Assembly (NCBI GenBank): GCA_017619985.1
Contig: JAFZRG010000100.1
Coordinates: 1 to 31,805, forward strand
Source: Bacillota bacterium
Lineage (GTDB): Bacteria; Bacillota; Clostridia; Peptostreptococcales; Anaerovoracaceae
Reading direction: 5' to 3'
Length of the DNA: 31,805 bases
Under the pieces are notes generated by a model. The model made no database searches and was not told the DNA's origin. It was given only the letters and a program-made list of their open reading frames with translations. Position numbers and translations under genes: made by a program. Every line of letters starts with the position of its first letter. The first letter of the stretch is position 1. Shown piece after piece: positions 26,112-31,805 of this stretch.

Positions 26112-26966
26112 TTAATAGCTTCCGGCGGCATATCCGCCGCCTACGTCGGCACCGAGGTCGCAGGTATACAACCAACGAATTATGTCACCCTCTTGCAAAG
26201 CGTAACGGCTGCAGCCGTAATTGGGGAACCACCCGTTGACGGAGTACATCCACCCGGACAGTTCGCCGCAGTCGAATTCGTAGAGATTGGCTATCCCTTC
26301 GATGTAGGCGCTGTTGTACATGGGCGTGTTCTCGAACTCCATGTGGATGCCGTTCTGACGGCAGGTACGCTGCAGCACGTTGAACACGCTCTCACCTTCA
26401 TAAAACGTCACGGTGACCGGCGCCAGGATGACCCCGCCGGCGGGCACCAGATCGGTCTTTTCCGGGTCCAGCCAGTCCATATGATCCAGGATCGTATTGC
26501 AGCTGATGGAGATCGTGCAGGTATGCGCCACATCCGTGACCGTCAAGTTCTGCGGATCCACCGGTGCGGGATTGCCTTCCGTAACGGGATCTGTCTGCGG
26601 CGGAGCCTCTTCTGCGGCAGGAGCCGGTTCCGGTTCTGCGGGACCTTCCTGAGGCCCGGGTGTCACGGGATTCTGCGGTCCTTCTGCGGTCGCGGGATCG
26701 GTGCTCTCCGCCGGCTCCTCAGCCTCCGCGCTTACGGGTTCTTCCGGCGGCGTTACTTCCGTCTGTTCCGCCGGCGGATCTTCGACTGGCGGAACCGTCT
26801 CGGCCGATACCCCTTCCGGAAGCGGAGCGACAGGCTGCTCCTGCGCTTCTTCCGCGCTGCCGGCATTCCAGCCGTGCATGCCAGGCGCACTGCCTCCGTA
26901 CCAGAACGCGAACGCCAGGACCGCTGCGGCAGCGACGCCTATAATGATCTTCGTACTCGTCTTCAT
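26112..26966 (-). CDS. membrane-anchored DUF4430 (transcobalamin beta-domain-like) protein
   Basis: N-terminal TM anchor, about 110 aa P/E/A-rich spacer, C-terminal ESVFNVL...YIEGIANL...GWMYSVNG.FPNYG...L.EGD.I.W.YT. Confidence 0.8.
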   Translation of the reverse strand: MKTSTKIIIGVAAAAVLAFAFWYGGSAPGMHGWNAGSAEEAQEQPVAPLPEGVSAETVPPVEDPPAEQTEVTPPEEPVSAEAEEPAESTDPATAEGPQNPVTPGPQEGPAEPEPAPAAEEAPPQTDPVTEGNPAPVDPQNLTVTDVAHTCTISISCNTILDHMDWLDPEKTDLVPAGGVILAPVTVTFYEGESVFNVLQRTCRQNGIHMEFENTPMYNSAYIEGIANLYEFDCGELSGWMYSVNGWFPNYGCSRYALQEGDIIRWLYTCDLGADVGGGYAAGSY

Positions 26967-28621
26967 AACAGATCCGCCACTCCCAGTAAGTTAAAGAGCA
27001 TCTGCGCCACTTCCGCGCGCGTGACCGCTTTCAGCGGCTCTATGTTCAGTGCGCTGTCGTCCAGGATGCCGCTGTCATAGCAGAACGCCAGGAACTTTCT
27101 CGCCCACTGCGCGGACTGCGTATAATCCGCAAAGGGAGACAGCGTGTCGCGGATGCGCGCCGCGTCGTATTCGATATCCATACCGCAAAGCTTCGCCGCA
27201 GCCGCCACCATCGTCGCGGCCTCCTGCTTCGTGATCGTTCCGCCGGGGTTGAACTTTCCGTTCCCGACGCCAGCCACGATGCCGTATCTGTAAGCTGCCG
27301 CGATGCGTCCCGCTGCCCAGTGCCCTTCCGTATCGGCAAAAGTGTTCGCATCCTCCGGCTGCAGGCCCAGAGCAGCGGTCACCATGCAGCAGAACTCCGC
27401 GCGTGTCATGGTCCGTTCGGGACGGAACGTGCCGTCTGGATATCCGGAAATGATCCCTCTCGCCGCCATCGCTTCGATCGCCTGCACGTTGTCGTGCAGC
27501 GCCGCGTCCTCGAACGTGGTGCCGGGTGACGTGATGGGCACAGTCTGCACGGCGGGATCTTTGCCGGGCAGGCCTTTGCCGCCCTGCGTTCCGTCCGGAT
27601 CCGCCACGGTGATCGCGTCGCTCATGCGGTAGAGGCTGTTCTTTCCCTGCCGCAGACGCAGCGCATCGACCATACCGTAAAATCCCTGTTCGGACGTCAG
27701 CTGATTGTTGCCGCTGCCGTCTGCCGTGTGCAGGAAACCGCCGGCATTCGTCTGATAGCTCAGAACGTTGTCCAGCAGCGATCTGCCGTTCTTGATGAAC
27801 CGAGGATCCTCCGGAGAGATGCCGAGTTCGCACAGTCCGACCATGACCTGTACCGCACTTTCGCAGGTGTATGTTCCCATGGTCGCAAAGCCGCCGTCTT
27901 CCCCCTGCTGCCGGCTCATGCAGTCCACGGCCTTTGCTACAGCCTCCGCTACGGCAGGCTGATCCGTATATTTCGACAGCGCCTGCAGCACCATCCCGGT
28001 GATATCCGAGTCGGCCGTGAGATTGTCCGTCGAGGCCGTCTCCGCGGTCCCGTACAGGTTCCAGCCGCCGTCCGGGAGCTGGCTGTTCACAAGGCAGTCC
28101 ACGTACATCTGCCGGGTCGCCTGCGTCGCCGCTTCGGGATCGACCGGCATGGGATAATCGCGGCTGTCCAGAGCGATCAGCGCCCAGACAGGCCCGTTCA
28201 GCCCCTGCCATATCGTCTTATCGTAGTCGCCGAGCGGCTTCGTCAGGTCGTAACCCGCTACGTTTCTGGCGTCTTTGCCGATCGCCGAAACGGCGATGAT
28301 CAGCCGGGAATATTCCGAATACTTTTTCTCATGCAGCACGCCGCCGCATGCTTTCACGGATTCCTCCACCGCACGGTAATACTCCTGATAATACGCTTCC
28401 GGCACGTCGATGCCGCTCCTGGCAAGCCCGACGACGGCCCATTCCCCGCCGATATTGCCCGGCTGCGGGTTTTTGACCGCATCCAACATATATGCTGCCG
28501 CGTTTTCCACCGCCTGCTGCAGCGTATCTTCGCTGACCGCCGCGAAACAGCCGGCAGGAACACTGCCTGCCAGCAGCACGAAGATCATCAGGATCATAAG
28601 AGATCGCTTTATCGTTTTCAT
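26963..28621 (-). CDS. secreted SLH protein with prenyltransferase/squalene-cyclase-like alpha-barrel repeats
   Basis: ATG 28621 with RBS GGAGG and a signal peptide; QxxDGG(W/F) repeats (SQLPDGGW, QQGEDGGF, YQTNAGGF); three C-terminal SLH motifs (FRPERTMTRAEF, FNPGGTITKQEA, AVTRAEV). Confidence 0.82.
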   Translation of the reverse strand: MKTIKRSLMILMIFVLLAGSVPAGCFAAVSEDTLQQAVENAAAYMLDAVKNPQPGNIGGEWAVVGLARSGIDVPEAYYQEYYRAVEESVKACGGVLHEKKYSEYSRLIIAVSAIGKDARNVAGYDLTKPLGDYDKTIWQGLNGPVWALIALDSRDYPMPVDPEAATQATRQMYVDCLVNSQLPDGGWNLYGTAETASTDNLTADSDITGMVLQALSKYTDQPAVAEAVAKAVDCMSRQQGEDGGFATMGTYTCESAVQVMVGLCELGISPEDPRFIKNGRSLLDNVLSYQTNAGGFLHTADGSGNNQLTSEQGFYGMVDALRLRQGKNSLYRMSDAITVADPDGTQGGKGLPGKDPAVQTVPITSPGTTFEDAALHDNVQAIEAMAARGIISGYPDGTFRPERTMTRAEFCCMVTAALGLQPEDANTFADTEGHWAAGRIAAAYRYGIVAGVGNGKFNPGGTITKQEAATMVAAAAKLCGMDIEYDAARIRDTLSPFADYTQSAQWARKFLAFCYDSGILDDSALNIEPLKAVTRAEVAQMLFNLLGVADLL

Positions 28622-28652
28622 GGAGTCCTCCACCGCATAGTAATACATGATA

Positions 28653-28689
28653 ATATTAGCATTTTGCGTCGTCGCGTTCAAGTGAACGC
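28653..28689 (-). promoter_or_regulatory. promoter of the SLH/ECF cluster with an overlapping palindromic operator candidate
   Basis: TTGAAC (28676-28681), 17 nt spacer, TAATAT (28653-28658) with an extended TG. Palindrome GCGTTCA-NN-TGAACGC at 28674-28689 covers the -35. Confidence 0.6.
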
Positions 28690-28721
28690 ACCGCAAATGA
28701 CCCGCCGCACTGCTGCTTCGC

Positions 28722-28759
28722 AAAAAATACAAGAGCGGCCTCTGCGCAAAGGCCGCTCT
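28722..28759 (-). terminator. probable terminator after rpmF
   Basis: 10 bp stem AGAGCGGCCT/AGGCCGCTCT; tail TGTATTTTTT is imperfect next to the stem. Confidence 0.65.
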
Positions 28760-28799
28760 CATCGTTTTGTCCTTTAGCTAAAAGTCTTTTCCGAATCTA

Positions 28800-28979
28800 T
28801 TATTCCTCGGGGACTACCTCTTTGCCGTCATAATAACCGCAATTGGGGCAAACTCTGTGAGGAAGCTTGGGCTCGTGGCACTTCGGGCATACGGATAATG
28901 CCGGTGCGGACTTTACCATGTTCGCAGATTTTCTGCTGGATGTTTTAGCTGAGGAAGTTCTTCTCTTAGGTACTGCCAT
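28800..28979 (-). CDS. rpmF: 50S ribosomal protein L32 (zinc-ribbon C+ form)
   Basis: MAVPKRRTS...CPKC...HRVCPNCGYY; ATG 28979 with RBS GGAGGTG. Confidence 0.96.
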   Translation of the reverse strand: MAVPKRRTSSAKTSSRKSANMVKSAPALSVCPKCHEPKLPHRVCPNCGYYDGKEVVPEE

Positions 28980-29016
28980 TTGGAACACCTCCTTCTCTAG
29001 AAAAATTAACGAATTG

Positions 29017-29045
29017 AGTATAGTGAACGGTCCGGATTTTGTCAA
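29017..29045 (-). promoter_or_regulatory. rpmF promoter
   Basis: TTGACA (29040-29045) immediately after the ackA TAG, 17 nt spacer, TATACT (29017-29022). Confidence 0.8.
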
Positions 29046-30245
29046 CTACTTTCCGGTGACGATCTCGTAGGTATCCTTCGCGATCATCAGTTCTTCGTTC
29101 GTCGGGATGAGCAGGATCTTGACCTTGCTGGAATCCTTGGAAATGACGGTATCCTTGCCGCGGACGTTGTTGCGCTCGTCGCACAGTTCGATACCCAGCG
29201 CTTCCATGTTCTCGCAGATCGCCTTTCTCATCGTGATGCCGTTCTCGCCGAGGCCCGCCGTGAACACGATCGCGTCGCAGCCGTTCATCTCCGCCATGTA
29301 GGCGCCGATGTAGCTCTTGACTCTGTGCGCGTAGACCTTCAGCGCGGTGGCAGCTCTCTCGTTGCCCTCGTTCGCAGCGGTCTCCACGTCGCGGAAGTCG
29401 GAGGAAACGCCGGACAGGCCGTAGACGCCGGATTCCTTGTTGATGACCTTGTCCATGCCGGCCAGGTCCTTGCCTTCCTTCGCGGCCACGAAGCCGAGGA
29501 TGGCAGGGTCGATGTCGCCGCAGCGGGTGCCCATCACGAGGCCCGCGACCGGGGTGAAGCCCATGGAGGTGTCGAAGACCTTGCCGCCGTCGACAGCCGC
29601 CAGGGAAGCGCCGTTGCCCAGGTGGCAGGTGATGATCTTCAGATCCTTGATGTCCTTGCCCAGCATCTCGGCAGCTCTCATGGAGACGTATCTGTGAGAG
29701 GTTCCGTGGAAGCCGTAGCGGCGGACGCCGTACTTGGTATAGTACTCATAGGGCAGCGCGTACAGATAGGACTCCGCGGGCATGCTCTGATGGAACGCGG
29801 TGTCGAAGACGCCTACCATCGGGGTGTCGGGCATGAGGGCCTGGCAGGCGGCGATGCCCTGCAGGTTTGCCGGGTTGTGCAGCGGCGCGAGGTCGATGCA
29901 TTCTTCGAGCGCCTTGATGACGTCGTCGGTGATCAGGACGGAGCCCGCATACTTTTCGCCGGCGTGCACCACGCGGTGACCCACCGCGCCGATCTCGTCC
30001 ATGGACTTGGCTACGCCGTGATCCGGGTCGGTCAGGGCGTTCAGCACGTGGCCGATCGCGTCCTTATGATCCTTCATCGGGGTCTCGAGCACCCACTTGT
30101 CCATGCCGATCTTCTCGTGCTTGATCACGGAGCCTTCGATGCCGATCCTTTCGACAAGGCCTTTGCACAGGAGTTCTTCGGTCTCCATCTCCAGGACCTG
30201 ATACTTCAGGGAAGAGCTGCCGCAGTTGATAACTAATACTTTCAT
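29046..30245 (-). CDS. ackA: acetate kinase
   Basis: [66 protein letters not shown]. Confidence 0.97.
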   Translation of the reverse strand: MKVLVINCGSSSLKYQVLEMETEELLCKGLVERIGIEGSVIKHEKIGMDKWVLETPMKDHKDAIGHVLNALTDPDHGVAKSMDEIGAVGHRVVHAGEKYAGSVLITDDVIKALEECIDLAPLHNPANLQGIAACQALMPDTPMVGVFDTAFHQSMPAESYLYALPYEYYTKYGVRRYGFHGTSHRYVSMRAAEMLGKDIKDLKIITCHLGNGASLAAVDGGKVFDTSMGFTPVAGLVMGTRCGDIDPAILGFVAAKEGKDLAGMDKVINKESGVYGLSGVSSDFRDVETAANEGNERAATALKVYAHRVKSYIGAYMAEMNGCDAIVFTAGLGENGITMRKAICENMEALGIELCDERNNVRGKDTVISKDSSKVKILLIPTNEELMIAKDTYEIVTGK

Positions 30246-30286
30246 ACGTTTTTATCTCCTTCAGGTTGATTTATGATGAAACGTTA

Positions 30287-31805
30287 TTATTCTCTGTTTG
30301 CCGCGCGCGGGCTGCGGGGCATCTCCCAGGCGTCGTGGTCCGTATGGAGCAGCTTGTGGCTCTTGTGGCCCAGCGGCTTCTGGAAGTACTCCTCGTACAT
30401 GCGGATGACGTCGGGATTCTCGTGCGAGAACCGCAGTTCGCTCTTGACGTCCAGTTCGCGCAGGTAGTCTCCCCTGCTCTCCGCCAGTTCGCGTCCGCCG
30501 TGGATGGGCTGACCGCCGCCGCCGGAGCAGCCGCCGGGACAGGCCATGATCTCCACGAATTCGTATTCCGCTTCGCCTCTGCGGATGGCTTCGATGATCT
30601 TCCTCGTGTTGCCGAGGCCGGAGACGACGGCGCAGCGCAGCTTCTTGCCCGCCACTTCGTACGTCGCTTCCTTCCATCCGTCCATGCCGCGCATCTCGGG
30701 GAACGCGTCGGGGCTGGGGTTCTCGCCCGTTGCCAGGAACACGGCGCTTCTCAGAGCCGCTTCCATGACGCCGCCGGTCGTTCCGAAGATGACGGCTGCG
30801 CCGGTGCCGGAGCCGAGCGGAGAATCGAACGGTTCTTCCTTGAGTTCGTCCGGGCGGATGTGGTCCGCGCGGATGAGCCGGACAAGTTCTCTCGTCGTCA
30901 GCGAGACGTCCACGTCGGGATCGCCGCAGGCGTCGTTCATGCCGGGGATCGCGCACTCGTGCTTCTTCGCGGTGCAGGGCATCACGGAGACGCAGAAGAT
31001 GTTGCGCGGGTCAACGCCGATCTTCTCGGCGAAGTAGCTCTTCGCCACGGCGCCGAACATCTGCTGCGGGCTCTTGGCCGTGGACAGCTGTCCGGTCATG
31101 TCCGGATACTGGGACTTCAGGAAGCGCACCCAGCCCGGGCAGCAGCTCGTGAACATCGGGAATTTATAGACGCCGCGCTTGGCGAGACGGGCCAGCAGCT
31201 CGCTGCCTTCCTCCATGATGGTGAGGTCCGCGGAGAAGTTGGTATCGAACACGTAGTCGAAACCGAGCTTGCGGATGGCCGCCACCATGCGTCCGGGCGT
31301 CGCCTTTTTCTTATCTAAATTCCAGTATTCCGCCCAGGCGGTGCGGACCGCCGGAGCGACCTGGATGACCGTGACCTTGTCGGGGTCAGCCAGCGCGTCG
31401 AGCACGATATCCGTATCGTCGCGTTCGCGCAGCGCGCCCGTCGGGCAGTGCGTGATGCACTGGCCGCAGATCGTGCAGTCGGAATCCTTGATGTTGCGGT
31501 TGTGGGACACGTCGATGTTCGTTCTCGAACCCGTACCTTCGATGTCCCAGATATGCATGTCCTGGATCTTGTCGCAGACCTGCACGCAGCGCATGCACTT
31601 GATGCACTTGGCCATGTCGCGCACCAGGGGGAAGCTCTTCGGCCAGTCGGCGTCCTTGACTTCTCTCTTGTACGTCTGCTTCAGAATGCCGAGGTCGTTC
31701 GCCACGGTCTGCAGTTCGCAGTTGCCGGAACGCACGCAGGTGGCGCACAGGCAGTCGTGCTGGGAGAGGATCAGCTCGACGATCGCCTTGCGGGACTTGC
31801 GCACG
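30287..31805 (-). CDS. hydA: group A [FeFe]-hydrogenase catalytic subunit; 5' end outside the window
   Basis: His-ligated cluster HDCLCATCVRSGNC; two 4Fe-4S motifs (CIKCMRCVQVC, CTICGQCITHCP); H-cluster motifs TSCCPGW, MPCTAKKHE and EIMACPGGCSGGGGQP. Confidence 0.93.
   Translation of the reverse strand, partial: VRKSRKAIVELILSQHDCLCATCVRSGNCELQTVANDLGILKQTYKREVKDADWPKSFPLVRDMAKCIKCMRCVQVCDKIQDMHIWDIEGTGSRTNIDVSHNRNIKDSDCTICGQCITHCPTGALRERDDTDIVLDALADPDKVTVIQVAPAVRTAWAEYWNLDKKKATPGRMVAAIRKLGFDYVFDTNFSADLTIMEEGSELLARLAKRGVYKFPMFTSCCPGWVRFLKSQYPDMTGQLSTAKSPQQMFGAVAKSYFAEKIGVDPRNIFCVSVMPCTAKKHECAIPGMNDACGDPDVDVSLTTRELVRLIRADHIRPDELKEEPFDSPLGSGTGAAVIFGTTGGVMEAALRSAVFLATGENPSPDAFPEMRGMDGWKEATYEVAGKKLRCAVVSGLGNTRKIIEAIRRGEAEYEFVEIMACPGGCSGGGGQPIHGGRELAESRGDYLRELDVKSELRFSHENPDVIRMYEEYFQKPLGHKSHKLLHTDHDAWEMPRSPRAANRE

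Noticed and set aside
26560-26880. P/E/A-rich stretch in the DUF4430 gene as a tandem repeat or CRISPR-like array
   Set aside because: It is low-complexity linker coding sequence with no exact repeated unit or spacer pattern.
28674-28689. Palindrome as a LexA/SOS box
   Set aside because: The Firmicutes box is CGAAC-N4-GTTCG; here the half-sites are in the opposite order (GTTC-N4-GAAC).
28622-28799. Possible cobalamin riboswitch upstream of the SLH/ECF cluster
   Set aside because: The region is short, is occupied by the rpmF terminator and a promoter, and shows no B12-box motifs.

Overview
GC-rich Firmicutes (Clostridia-like) chromosomal window in which every supportable gene lies on the minus strand. 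In transcription order it contains: a group A [FeFe]-hydrogenase (5' end outside the window); ackA; rpmF; a six-gene surface/ECF cluster (SLH-anchored prenyltransferase-repeat protein, DUF4430 transcobalamin-beta-like protein, EcfT, fused ATPase-ATPase-S component, SLH-anchored phosphodiester-glycosidase-like protein, tcdA-like gene); rpsB-tsf with a t44-like leader; a hypothetical gene; flavodoxin-selA-selC(tRNA-Sec)-selB; a tandem glycine riboswitch heading a selenium-dependent glycine reductase operon (grdX-grdE-grdB-trxB-trxA-grdA-fused grdC/grdD, with in-frame UGA/Sec in grdB and grdA); a TPP riboswitch with thiT; and a coupled run of LytTR regulator, GHKL kinase, group II PLP decarboxylase, lysA and a beta-hydroxyacid dehydrogenase (3' end outside the window). 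No mobile element or CRISPR array was seen. Family assignments come from recognised motifs, not database searches. The least ordinary items are the split transcobalamin-like surface ECF system with no B12 riboswitch, the GrdC-GrdD fusion, and several compact RNA/promoter arrangements in the grd and sel loci.
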